Positions 38,347-47,939 of a stretch of DNA of 63,431 nucleotides are shown piece after piece (position 1 is the first letter of the stretch; each line of letters opens with the position of its first letter). Made by a program: the position numbers and the translations under genes. The stretch comes from an uncultured Clostridia bacterium (GTDB lineage Bacteria; Bacillota_I; Bacilli_A; RF39; UBA660): NCBI GenBank assembly GCA_947165365.1, contig CAMVAF010000005.1, forward strand, positions 1 to 63,431, read 5' to 3'. The notes below the pieces were generated by a model, which saw nothing but the letters and a program-made list of their open reading frames with translations, was not told the origin of the DNA and searched no databases.

Positions 38347-38580
38347 TTAATTATTTATAATTTTTATCTCTTTAATTTTACTTTCAATCATATTAGGAAC
38401 AATATTTTTTACATAATCATAACCCCTATATACACTATAGATAATCAAAAGAAAAAGACATATTTTAAAAATCGCATGAATGTTCTTGGAAATTTTTCTT
38501 TTACTTTCATTATTTTCTAAAATTTCTATACGTTTCTTTAAGACTTTTATCTCATTTTTTAAATCATTTACCTCTTCCAT
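38347..38580 (-). CDS. small coiled-coil plus TM protein
   Basis: 77 aa. N-terminal heptad-like segment, then the TM IFKICLFLLIIYSVY. First gene of a three-gene minus-strand operon. Confidence 0.55.
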   Translation of the reverse strand: MEEVNDLKNEIKVLKKRIEILENNESKRKISKNIHAIFKICLFLLIIYSVYRGYDYVKNIVPNMIESKIKEIKIINN

Positions 38581-38669
38581 GCTACCCTCATATTATTATT
38601 ATATCAAAAAAAGAAAAAAAAACAAACAAAAAATGTAAAATAATGTTATAATATGTTTGAGTGATGTAA

Positions 38670-39341
38670 ATGAAAAAAATAAAATCCTTTTTAAAGGAAA
38701 ATAAAATGTTTATAATAACAATAATAATTTTACTTGGAGGTCAGTCCATAATGTATTATGGATTAAAGTTTTTTCAAACTAATCCTAATTACATTAATTA
38801 TTATTTAGATGATGAAATTCCATTTATTGGATATTTTATCTACGTTTATAATATGTTTTACCCCTTTACACTAATTGCTTTGTATTATCTATATAGAAAA
38901 GATAAAGATTCATATTATAAAGGAATTATCTCTGGTACCATAGGATATCTTATATGTGATGTTATTTTTATACTATATCCTACAATAATGTATCGTCCGA
39001 TTACTCCTAAATTATCTCCAATAACGGATTTTGTTATAAATCTTACTTTTTTATATGATAATCCACCTCTTAATTGTTTTCCATCAATTCACTGCTTATT
39101 CTCTTTTCAAGTTATATATAGTTTCCTATCATCAAATTTAACCAAAAGAGATAAATTTATCATAACAATTGTTTTTTTACTAATAATTATTTCTACATTA
39201 TTAGTTAAACAACATTATATTTTTGACGTTATATCTGCCTTTTTAATATGTATTATTACAAATTTAATGGAAGATTTGTTAGGTATATACAAAAAAATTA
39301 AAAAAAATTTAACAGATAAAAAAAATATTTTACATATTTAA
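38670..39341 (+). CDS. PAP2 superfamily (PAP2_3, sphingomyelin/IPC synthase-like) membrane protein
   Basis: Six TM helices with the motifs PSIHC and HYIFDV. Confidence 0.65.
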   Translation: MKKIKSFLKENKMFIITIIILLGGQSIMYYGLKFFQTNPNYINYYLDDEIPFIGYFIYVYNMFYPFTLIALYYLYRKDKDSYYKGIISGTIGYLICDVIFILYPTIMYRPITPKLSPITDFVINLTFLYDNPPLNCFPSIHCLFSFQVIYSFLSSNLTKRDKFIITIVFLLIIISTLLVKQHYIFDVISAFLICIITNLMEDLLGIYKKIKKNLTDKKNILHI

Positions 39342-39377
39342 AAAAAAATGCTATACTTGTTTCTTGTAGAGGTAATA

Positions 39378-40427
39378 ATGAAAGAAGAAAATAAAAATCA
39401 AAATAAAACCAAAAAAATAATTAAAAACCTTTCTTTTTTAATTATTTTAATTATTTTAACATATTACTTTATATTTAGAAAAATTGATCGAAAAGGTTTG
39501 CAAGAGGCACTTTCTCATACTAACATATTATTTATAATAATTGCACTGATAGTTGCTTTTGGTAATATCTTTTTTGAAGGAGTTAATCATTATCGTAATT
39601 TAAACTTATTAAAAGAAAATGTTTCATTTAAAAATTCTTTAAAATATGCGATTGTTGGTTTTTTCTTTAGCGCTATAACTCCTGCAGCTACTGGTGGACA
39701 ACCAGTACAAATTTACTACATGCACAAAGATAAAATCAGTTATACAAATGCTACGGTTGTTATATTAGTTCAATCATTTTCATATTTATTATGTATGCTT
39801 TTACTTGGAATATTTGGTTATATTTACAATTTTAAATATATAACAAGTTTAGGATTTTTTGAATATTTTTTCTTTATAGGAGTTATTGTTAATTTTGCAA
39901 TTATAACTATTAGTTTATTAGCAATGTTCAGTAAAAAATTAGCCAACAAATTACTAAATTTTGTATATAAAATAGTTGATAAATTCAATCATGATAAAGC
40001 TGTATCTATTAAAGAAAAAATGAGTAATAATTTAAAAGAATATCATGATAGTACTGACTTTATAAAAAATAATAAATCTGTTTTAACAAAAAGTATTTTA
40101 ACTAGTATGATGCAATTAATTACATATCATAGTGTTGCATATTTTGTTTATTTAGCTCTTGGTGTAGAACATCTTAACTATATTCAAATAACTAGTCTTC
40201 AATCACTACTTTATTTATCAGTATCAATACTTCCCCTTCCAGGAACGGTAGGAGTTAACGAAACAGGTTTTGGTATTATTTATAAACCTTTGATACTTGT
40301 GTCAGCCATTGTTGATTCATCAATGCTCTTAACAAGAGGTGTTGGTTTCTATTTCTATGTTGTTCTAACTGGCATTATTCTATTAATAGAAAGTTTAAAA
40401 AAGAAGCAAGTCAAAGAAGATGCGTAA
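39378..40427 (+). CDS. UPF0104/lysyl-phosphatidylglycerol-synthase-TM-like (flippase-like) membrane protein
   Basis: Polytopic protein of ~350 aa with a basic N-terminus and ...TPAATGGQPVQIYYM, typical of this family. Confidence 0.6.
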   Translation: MKEENKNQNKTKKIIKNLSFLIILIILTYYFIFRKIDRKGLQEALSHTNILFIIIALIVAFGNIFFEGVNHYRNLNLLKENVSFKNSLKYAIVGFFFSAITPAATGGQPVQIYYMHKDKISYTNATVVILVQSFSYLLCMLLLGIFGYIYNFKYITSLGFFEYFFFIGVIVNFAIITISLLAMFSKKLANKLLNFVYKIVDKFNHDKAVSIKEKMSNNLKEYHDSTDFIKNNKSVLTKSILTSMMQLITYHSVAYFVYLALGVEHLNYIQITSLQSLLYLSVSILPLPGTVGVNETGFGIIYKPLILVSAIVDSSMLLTRGVGFYFYVVLTGIILLIESLKKKQVKEDA

Positions 40428-40493
40428 AAACATTCTTCTTTTTTGTTGTAAAAAAAAATAATAATTGATATAATTAACATGAAAGGATTGATT

Positions 40494-42191
40494 ATGAGAA
40501 AAATATTATATGTGATTTTTTTATTTATTATTATAACAACGATTAATGTCTCAGCTAACACTATTTATTCAATAGATATGAATATTTATCTAGATGAGAT
40601 GGGAAATGCTAATATTACAGAAAGATGGGACGTTTTGGGAAGTGATGGTACGGAATGGTATAAACCACTACGTGATTTGGGACAATCTGAAATATCAGGT
40701 TTTACTGTTTCAATGGATGGAAAACAATTAGAAAGAAAAAATTGGAATATAAATGAAAGTTTAAGTCAAAAAGCTGGATATTATGGTATTAATTATAATA
40801 ATGGCGATACAGAATTATGCTTTGGAAAAAGTGATTTTAATCGTCATACTTTTGTTTTACAATATAATATTTCAAACTATATTTTTAATACGAGTGATGC
40901 TCAAGTTTTATATTGGACACTATTTCCTAAATTTCAAAATGTTGATTTTATGCTAGTTAACATAACGATTAAAAGTTTTTATGACTTTTCAGATACGCTA
41001 GATGTTTGGGGATATGGTTATCAAGGATATGCCTATGTAGAAGATGGCATTATAAAAATTACCAATGAAGATTATCCATCAATGAATAATAAGTATGTTG
41101 TTGCTTTAGTTAAATTCCCTATTAATACTTTTAATACATCATACAAAACAAATAGATTTAAGACATTTGACGATGTTTACAAAGCATCAAATGAAGGAAC
41201 ATTTTCTTATGACTATGAAACCACTACTTCATCAAAAACATCCAAAATATCCAATTTTATTAATAAAATATTAAGCCTTCTATTTTATTTAATCTTCTTT
41301 ATTCCCATAATTATTTCTATAATTGTTGCCAAAAATAGCGGATATGGTTACATTAACAACAAAAAAATAGATAAAAAAAATACCCCTTATTTTAGAGATA
41401 TACCATGTGACAAAGATATCTATTATGCAAATGCTTTAATATATTTAAATAATTTTGGTTATAAAGAAAGTAATATTTTAGGTGCAATTATTCTTAAATG
41501 GATAAGAGAAGATAAAATCAAATTTAAAAAAGAAGAAGGCGGTTTTTTAAAAAAAGAAAAAGGTATAATTGATTTAACATTAAAACCTACTTTTAATGAT
41601 GTAAAAGAAGAAAAATTATTTAATCAAATGTATACAGCAAGTAAAGATGGTATTTTAGAACCAAAGGAATTTGAAAGATGGGCTCGAAATAATTATTCAT
41701 CATTTTTTAGTACTTTATCTAATTTCAAAGATAGTGAAATAAGAAGATTAAAAGAAAATAATATGATTTATAAAAGAAATAACAAAAATGAATGTAAGAA
41801 AAAGAATGTAATGAATAATGAAATCTATACCCAAAGTACAAGACTTTATGGTCTTAAAAAATTCTTAGAAGATTTTTCTTCTATTGATACTAAAGAAACC
41901 CTAGAAGTAAAGTTATGGGACGAATACTTAATGTTTGCATATCTATTTGGTATTGCTGATAAAGTTGCTAAACAAATCAAAAATCTTTATCCTGATTTAA
42001 TGGAACAAAATAATTTTGATTACGATTCTATACTTATAATTAATTCTATATCTAGAAGTACTGTAAGTGCGGCATCAAGCGCTAGAAGAGCTGCAGAAAA
42101 CTATTCATCAGGAGGAGGTGGATTCTCTATCGGTGGCGGTGGAGGTGGTTCCTTCGGTGGTGGAGGTTTCTCTGGCGGTGGATCACGATAA
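40494..42191 (+). CDS. DUF2207 domain membrane protein with a Gly-rich tail
   Basis: Signal peptide, an extracytoplasmic domain starting YSIDMNIYLDEMGNANITERWDV, a TM, a cytoplasmic part, and a C-terminal GGGGFSIGGGGGGSFGGGGFSGGGSR. Confidence 0.8.
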   Translation: MRKILYVIFLFIIITTINVSANTIYSIDMNIYLDEMGNANITERWDVLGSDGTEWYKPLRDLGQSEISGFTVSMDGKQLERKNWNINESLSQKAGYYGINYNNGDTELCFGKSDFNRHTFVLQYNISNYIFNTSDAQVLYWTLFPKFQNVDFMLVNITIKSFYDFSDTLDVWGYGYQGYAYVEDGIIKITNEDYPSMNNKYVVALVKFPINTFNTSYKTNRFKTFDDVYKASNEGTFSYDYETTTSSKTSKISNFINKILSLLFYLIFFIPIIISIIVAKNSGYGYINNKKIDKKNTPYFRDIPCDKDIYYANALIYLNNFGYKESNILGAIILKWIREDKIKFKKEEGGFLKKEKGIIDLTLKPTFNDVKEEKLFNQMYTASKDGILEPKEFERWARNNYSSFFSTLSNFKDSEIRRLKENNMIYKRNNKNECKKKNVMNNEIYTQSTRLYGLKKFLEDFSSIDTKETLEVKLWDEYLMFAYLFGIADKVAKQIKNLYPDLMEQNNFDYDSILIINSISRSTVSAASSARRAAENYSSGGGGFSIGGGGGGSFGGGGFSGGGSR

Positions 42192-42222
42192 AAAAAATAC
42201 TGATTAATCTCAGTATTTTTTT
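42191..42222. terminator. bidirectional terminator between the DUF2207 gene and lemA
   Basis: AAAAAA-ATACTGA-TTAATC-TCAGTAT-TTTTTT. Confidence 0.75.
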
Positions 42223-42769
42223 AAAATTTAACTTGAACGTTTTCTCTTTCAGTTTCAGTTGCTTCAAAGAATGGTTCTGGTTTAAAACCAAACATTCCAG
42301 CAACAATATTACTTGGAAATACTTCTAATTTATTTTTGTATTTTAATACTGCATCGTTATAAAATTGTCTTGCATAAGAAATTTTATCTTCAGTATCCTT
42401 TAAATTATTTTGTAAATCCATGAAGTTAGTATTTGCTTTTAAATCAGGATAACTTTCAGCAAGAGCAAATAATTTATTTAATGCTCCTGTAAGTTCACCA
42501 TTAGCTTTCATTTCATCTTCAATACCATTTGCTGAAACTGCTTTGTTTCTTGCTGTTATAACAGCATCTAAGGTTTCTTTTTCATGTTTTGCATAACCTT
42601 TTACAGTTTCAACAAGATTAGGGATTAAATCTGAACGACGTTTTAGTAAAACATCAATTTGTGACCATTGATCCTTTACCATGTTTCTTAGTTTTACTAA
42701 TCCATTGTATGTTGATACAAAATAAATTAATAGTAATAAAACTACTCCACCAATAATTGCAAAAATCAT
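42221..42769 (-). CDS. lemA: LemA family protein
   Basis: N-terminal TM plus YNGLVKLRNMVKDQWSQIDVLLKRRSDLIPNLVETVKGYAKHE, the canonical LemA pattern. Confidence 0.92.
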   Translation of the reverse strand: MIFAIIGGVVLLLLIYFVSTYNGLVKLRNMVKDQWSQIDVLLKRRSDLIPNLVETVKGYAKHEKETLDAVITARNKAVSANGIEDEMKANGELTGALNKLFALAESYPDLKANTNFMDLQNNLKDTEDKISYARQFYNDAVLKYKNKLEVFPSNIVAGMFGFKPEPFFEATETERENVQVKF

Positions 42770-42845
42770 TACATCCTCCTTTTAATAAGATTATACCATT
42801 TTTTATAATATATGTCTATTTTTTTTTATTTTTTTTAAATAATAC

Positions 42846-42874
42846 TTGAATTCTTTTTAAAATTATTGTATAAT
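42846..42874 (+). promoter_or_regulatory. sigma-A type promoter of tRNA-Arg
   Basis: TTGAAT, a 17-nt spacer, then TATAAT, ending 14 nt before the tRNA 5' end. Confidence 0.7.
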
Positions 42875-42888
42875 TAACAATGTCAGTT

Positions 42889-42965
<77 letters not shown>

Positions 42966-42975
42966 TCTAGATATT

Positions 42976-43003
42976 AACTCTTGATTTTCAAGAGTTTTTT
43001 TTT
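42976..43003 (+). terminator. rho-independent terminator of tRNA-Arg
   Basis: AACTCTTGA-TTT-TCAAGAGTT followed by TTTTTTT. Confidence 0.8.
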
Positions 43004-43004
43004 G

Positions 43005-43036
43005 TAAAAAAAAAGAGATTCACAAAGTAATCTCTT
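43005..43036 (-). terminator. rho-independent terminator of the small membrane protein gene
   Basis: On the minus strand: AAGAGATT-loop-AATCTCTT followed by a long T-run. Confidence 0.6.
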
Positions 43037-43055
43037 AACAATTTACCAAAAATTT

Positions 43056-43412
43056 TTAAAAACCATTTAAACATGCATTCATATTTCTAGTATTAATGAA
43101 TGATAAAATAAGTTCAATAATATTAGGAGCAAAGAAAATAACTAATGTGGCAACAGCTCTTTTTAAAAATCTTGACATTGCTTTATTAATACCATCTTTA
43201 TTATCTGAAAACACTGCTTTGGCAAAATCTAATGACGTAAAGACAAGTAATAATATTGGGGCAACTATTTTAATTGGTTTAAAAACATTGTTTCTTAGCA
43301 TATCCATAAATTTAGGACTAAACGTATCAGTGCAACTTGCAGCATAGACATTAATTGTACTAAATAACATTAAAATTAACATGATAAATAAAAATACATT
43401 TTTTTTCTTCAT
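43056..43412 (-). CDS. small secreted/two-TM membrane protein, function unknown
   Basis: Signal peptide (..STINVYA|AS) followed by two hydrophobic helices. AGGTGA SD before the ATG at 43412. Confidence 0.6.
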   Translation of the reverse strand: MKKKNVFLFIMLILMLFSTINVYAASCTDTFSPKFMDMLRNNVFKPIKIVAPILLLVFTSLDFAKAVFSDNKDGINKAMSRFLKRAVATLVIFFAPNIIELILSFINTRNMNACLNGF

Positions 43413-43460
43413 TAAAATCACCTACAACAATATCATAACATATTTAGAAGAAATTGGATA

Positions 43461-45725
43461 TTATTTTTTTATATTTTTAAATAAATCATTGTAAATTTCC
43501 TGATAATTGTCAACAAAAACAAGTTCTAATTTATCTTTATAGATATCAATGAAATCTAAAACATCTCCCTTATTATCTAATGGTAAATAGATCTTTTTAA
43601 TTCCTCTTGCTATAGCTAAAATAATTTTTTCTTTTAAACCTCCTACTTTTAAAATCTTTCCACTTAATGTTATTTCACCAGTCATCGCTATATCATTAGA
43701 AATCTTTTTGTTTTTTAAAAGTGATAAAAGTGATGTGGTAATACTTATTCCAGCACTTGGACCTTCTTTTTTTATTCCGGCATTCGTAAAATGGACAAAA
43801 AAATCATTTTCTTGAAATAATGCACTATTTATTTTTAATTCCTTTGCATGAGATTTCAAATACACTAAAGATACATTAATAGATTCTTTAATAACATCTC
43901 CTAAAGAACCTGTTGATGAAATATTACCATTTCCAACGGACATAACCGATTCAACTTTAATTAACTCTCCACCTAATGGGTGGTAGGATAAAACATTCAT
44001 CATCCCTACTTCATTATCATAGTTCTCACTATAATTATACTTTTCATTACCTAATAAATCTTTTAGATGTTTATTAATATCAAGATTTTCATTATTTGAT
44101 ATTTTATGACAAATAAATTTACGACATATTTTTCTTAATAATCTTTCTAAATCTCTTATACCACTCTCTCTTGTATAGTGTTCTATAATATACATAATAG
44201 TTTTATCAGACATACTGATTTCTTGTTTTGTCAAGTGATATTCTAGTCTTAATCTTTTTAGTAAAGAATTTTTAACAATTGCTAATTTCTCTAAATTTGT
44301 ATAACTTGATAATTCGATAATTTCTAAACGATCTCTTAATTCTCTAGGTATATTATCTAAATAATTAGCAGTTAAAATAAACAATACTTTTGATAAATCA
44401 AATTCTTCTTCGACAAAGTGATCAACAAAATTAGAATTTTGTTCATAATCTAATACTTCTAGTAAAGCACTGGCAGGGTCACCTTTAATATCTTTGGTCA
44501 TTTTATCAATTTCATCAATAATAAAGACAGGATTATTAACTCCCGCTTTTATGATTCCTGTAATTATTTTACCGGGTAAAGCACCAACATAAGCTCGACG
44601 ATGACCAGTAATTTCGGCTTCATCATTAATACCACCTACTGATATTTTGACACATTTTCTCTTTAATGCAACACTTATTGCCTTCGAAATTGAAGTTTTA
44701 CCAATTCCAGGTGGACCAACAAGACAAATAATGGGATTATGCTTGCTTTTAGTATATTTTTTTGTGGCCATAAATTCGACAATTCGATCCTTAACATTGT
44801 TTAAACCAAAATGGGTTTCATCAAGACTTTTTCTAATGGTATCTATATCATAATTTTCCCTAGATGAATTATTCCAAGGAATGGAAAGTAATGTTTCAAT
44901 ATAATTTTTTATAATTCCTATTTCTGGGGAATTACTATTACAAACTTTATATCTTTCTAATTCCTCATACAATTTATCTTTAATTTTTTTAGGGCATTCT
45001 AAATTATCAATTTCATCTTGTAATTTTAAAGCATCACTATTTTCTTGAACACCAAGTTCCTTTTCAATTAATTTCAATTTTTCTTTTAAAATATATTTTT
45101 TTTGACCTTCTTCAAGATTTTTTTCAATTTCATTATCAAGATTATTTTCATATTTTAATAAGGATAATTCAAAAATAATTGAATCTTTTAATATTTCATA
45201 TCTTTTTAAAGGATTAATTTCTTCTATTAATTTTTTTTTCTTATCAAAATCTAATGGAATAAAATCACTTATAATATCAGTTAAAGCATTAATATCATTA
45301 ATATTATTTATTTTTTCAATAATACTGTTTCCCAAACTTTTTTTGTTATCTAAATATTCTAAAAATAGTTCTTTTAAATTTTTAGATTTGGCAATATGTT
45401 CAGTAGGATTTATCTTTGGTAAATCAATATTTTCAATCAAAGCATTATCAATATTTTTATCGGTGTTAGTACTAATTATCTTGCATCTAACAATTCCTTT
45501 TAAATTAACTTTACTATAACCATTAGGCATATCAAGGTTTAATAGTATTTTAGCAACAACACCAATATTACTATTATCAAATGATACAAAAACATAGTTG
45601 TTAAAGTAACTTTCAGAAATATCTAAGATATCTTTTATTTTTATGTCATTAAATTCTTTTTTTACTTCACAACCAGGGAATAACATGAAATCATTAATAA
45701 GCAACAGTGGTAAATTTGTTTTCAT
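43461..45725 (-). CDS. lon: ATP-dependent Lon protease
   Basis: LON N-domain (LPLLLINDFMLFPG), AAA+ Walker A GPPGIGKTS, Walker B FIIDEIDK, and a protease domain with KEGPSAGIS and K(V)GGLKEK. AGGAGG SD before the ATG at 45725. Confidence 0.93.
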   Translation of the reverse strand: MKTNLPLLLINDFMLFPGCEVKKEFNDIKIKDILDISESYFNNYVFVSFDNSNIGVVAKILLNLDMPNGYSKVNLKGIVRCKIISTNTDKNIDNALIENIDLPKINPTEHIAKSKNLKELFLEYLDNKKSLGNSIIEKINNINDINALTDIISDFIPLDFDKKKKLIEEINPLKRYEILKDSIIFELSLLKYENNLDNEIEKNLEEGQKKYILKEKLKLIEKELGVQENSDALKLQDEIDNLECPKKIKDKLYEELERYKVCNSNSPEIGIIKNYIETLLSIPWNNSSRENYDIDTIRKSLDETHFGLNNVKDRIVEFMATKKYTKSKHNPIICLVGPPGIGKTSISKAISVALKRKCVKISVGGINDEAEITGHRRAYVGALPGKIITGIIKAGVNNPVFIIDEIDKMTKDIKGDPASALLEVLDYEQNSNFVDHFVEEEFDLSKVLFILTANYLDNIPRELRDRLEIIELSSYTNLEKLAIVKNSLLKRLRLEYHLTKQEISMSDKTIMYIIEHYTRESGIRDLERLLRKICRKFICHKISNNENLDINKHLKDLLGNEKYNYSENYDNEVGMMNVLSYHPLGGELIKVESVMSVGNGNISSTGSLGDVIKESINVSLVYLKSHAKELKINSALFQENDFFVHFTNAGIKKEGPSAGISITTSLLSLLKNKKISNDIAMTGEITLSGKILKVGGLKEKIILAIARGIKKIYLPLDNKGDVLDFIDIYKDKLELVFVDNYQEIYNDLFKNIKK

Positions 45726-45904
45726 ATTATTCCTCCTTTTTTTACTTTTTATTATAGTAATCTTTAACATAAAAAACAACTCATTTACACCTTTTTTACA
45801 AAAGAATTTTAGGTATCTTTTTGAACTATTTTTTTATAAAAAATTTAGTGTAAAATTCATGTATTTTTTCTTGTTTTTTTTTAAAATATAATTTAGAATA
45901 AACT

Positions 45905-46100
45905 AGTTAAGAAACGAGAACAAAATAAATTACTGCGAATTCATTCGATTTTTCTCACGAAAAATCATTTCTACTTATACTTAAGTACTTATAGACACTA
46001 CGGATGGTCGCCACCCTGTTAATTTTTTTAATTATTTAATAATTATTTTGTTATTTTATACAATAATTAAACCTTTATTTATAGCTATTTTTATACCTTC
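45905..46100 (-). ncRNA. putative omega (right-end) guide RNA scaffold of TnpB
   Basis: The region overlapping and downstream of the tnpB 3' end contains locally GC-richer hairpins (e.g. GGGTGG-CGA-CCATCC and the palindrome TACTTAAGTA). The position matches where omega RNAs are encoded. Exact ends are unknown. Confidence 0.35.
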
Positions 46101-47213
46101 ATCTAATATATTAATACTTGCATTGATATCACGATCATTTAGTGATTTACATTTAACGCACTCAAAACTTCTAATAGATAAGTCATTTATTTCATTTCTT
46201 GTCCCACAATGAGAGCATAATTTACTACTAGGATAATAGGTATTTACTTTTAACAATACTTTATTATGCCATTTTGTTTTATATTCTAACTGTCTTATTA
46301 TTTCTCTAAATGATGCATTTACTATTCCTTTAGTTAAACTTTTTACATGACTTTCTTCTATCATTTCTTTGGTTTTAAGTGTTTCACAAACTATTAATTC
46401 ATTATCTCTTAGTAAATCATTGGTTATTTCATGAATATAATACTTTCTCATATTTTTTATCTTTTGGTATAATCTTGCTATTTTATTTTTTAATTTAATA
46501 TAATTTTTACTATTTTTTAGACATCTTGATAATCTCTCTTGATATACTTTTATATGTTCTTCAATTCTTTTAATTATTAGTTTTGGATATTTTATTCCAT
46601 CACTTGTGGTAACAAGTGATGATACTCCAAGATCTATTCCTACAGCGTGAATTATTCTAGATTTTGGTATATCAATTTCTTCTTCGCAACATAGTGATAC
46701 ATAATACTTTAATCCTATTTTTTCAACTGTGGCATTTTTGATATTTAAATTTTTCACTATGTTTCTATATCCTCTTATCGGAATAATACCTAATTTTGGT
46801 AATTTTATCGTTTTACTTTTTAGATCAATTATGATATTTGCATAATTATTATTTTTATATTCACCTTTGATACAAGTTGTCCGAAAGCTATCATGACATC
46901 CTCTTTTTTTAAAAATAGGATGAGATGTTCTTTTTGCAAAATAATTAGTATAACCTCTATCTAAATTATCTAAGGTATTTGTTAGTGCCATACTATCAAC
47001 TTCTTGTAACCATGGTAATTCCTTCTTTAATTCTACTAATTCATGTTTCATATCTTTTAAAAATAGATTATTTTTACATTCTTTATAATATTCATCTTTT
47101 CTATTTAAGAAATAATTATATACATATCTTGATGAGCCTATATTTTTGTTAATTAATATTTCTTGTTCTTTTGTAGGATATAATCTAAACTTATATGCTT
47201 TAAATATTTTCAT
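46056..47213 (-). CDS. tnpB: RNA-guided endonuclease TnpB (IS200/IS605 OrfB)
   Basis: MKIFKAYKFRLYPTKEQE N-terminus. RuvC-like residues lie in GIDLGVSS, LIVCETLK and DRDINASINI. Zinc finger CSHCG...CVKCK. 385 aa. Confidence 0.92.
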   Translation of the reverse strand: MKIFKAYKFRLYPTKEQEILINKNIGSSRYVYNYFLNRKDEYYKECKNNLFLKDMKHELVELKKELPWLQEVDSMALTNTLDNLDRGYTNYFAKRTSHPIFKKRGCHDSFRTTCIKGEYKNNNYANIIIDLKSKTIKLPKLGIIPIRGYRNIVKNLNIKNATVEKIGLKYYVSLCCEEEIDIPKSRIIHAVGIDLGVSSLVTTSDGIKYPKLIIKRIEEHIKVYQERLSRCLKNSKNYIKLKNKIARLYQKIKNMRKYYIHEITNDLLRDNELIVCETLKTKEMIEESHVKSLTKGIVNASFREIIRQLEYKTKWHNKVLLKVNTYYPSSKLCSHCGTRNEINDLSIRSFECVKCKSLNDRDINASINILDEGIKIAINKGLIIV

Positions 47214-47312
47214 TTCATCACCTATCTTTGTATCATCATATCATAAGTAAAACGTTGTATTAAGAATATTACACAATTTTACATATATTTTTTGGAAGAG
47301 ATATCTCCCAGT

Positions 47313-47351
47313 ATATAAAAAAGATTATCTATTTCTATTTAGATAATCTTT
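47313..47351 (-). terminator. rho-independent terminator overlapping the rnhB 3' end
   Basis: On the minus strand: AAAGATTATCTA-loop-TAGATAATCTTT followed by TTTT. The stem includes the rnhB stop codon. Confidence 0.55.
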
Positions 47352-47939
47352 AACGGGACCAAAAGATTTACGATGTTCTTTAATGATACCATATTTATCA
47401 ATTGCAGCTATATGTTCCTTTGTAGGATAGCCTTTATTGCTTTTAAAATTATACATGGGATATTCTTTATCAAGAGTATACATCATTCGATCTCTTGTTA
47501 CTTTAGCAATAACACTTGCTGCAGCAATAGACAAACTTTTGGCATCACCTTTAATAATAGATGTTCTTGGAATATCTATATCAAGTGGCATAGCATCAAT
47601 TAAAATATGTTCTGGAGTAACAGATAATTTATTAATGGCATCTTTCATCGCTAATTTCGTTGCTTCATAAATATTTACTTCATCTATTACTTTTTCATCA
47701 ATAATACCTACACCAATACTTATAGCATCTTTTTTTAAGATATCATAAAAGATATCTCTTTTCTTTTCACTTAACTTTTTAGAATCGGTTAATCCCTTTA
47801 ACTCATAATTAACAGGAAGAATGACAGCCGCAGCAACAACTGGTCCAACCAAAGGACCTCGCCCTACTTCATCAACACCAGCTATTAAAGTAATATTTTG
47901 TTTTATTAGGTCTCTTTCATATGAATATAAATCATCCAT
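47325..47939 (-). CDS. rnhB: ribonuclease HII
   Basis: [25 protein letters not shown] and [10 protein letters not shown] are the canonical RNase HII motifs. Confidence 0.94.
   Translation of the reverse strand: MDDLYSYERDLIKQNITLIAGVDEVGRGPLVGPVVAAAVILPVNYELKGLTDSKKLSEKKRDIFYDILKKDAISIGVGIIDEKVIDEVNIYEATKLAMKDAINKLSVTPEHILIDAMPLDIDIPRTSIIKGDAKSLSIAAASVIAKVTRDRMMYTLDKEYPMYNFKSNKGYPTKEHIAAIDKYGIIKEHRKSFGPVKDYLNRNR

Larger units (their letters stand above)
45900..47310 (-). mobile_element. IS200/IS605-family element carrying only tnpB (IS1341-like); ends not defined
   Basis: Intact tnpB, no Y1 tnpA, and structured non-coding flanks. Inserted between lon and rnhB. Boundaries are approximate guesses. 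Confidence 0.6.

Noticed and set aside
42100-42188. A GGT/GGA-rich repetitive stretch.
   Set aside because: It is the in-frame poly-Gly tail of the DUF2207 protein, a common feature of that family, and not an independent repeat element.
45726-45779. N-terminal extensions offered by the ORF track (e.g. lon from 45779, rny from 51956, yihY from 4995, cotE from 15241, rplS from 12552, the PASTA protein from 33666).
   Set aside because: Internal ATGs preceded by clear GGAGG-type SDs, with family-typical N-termini, are better starts. The extensions lack SDs.
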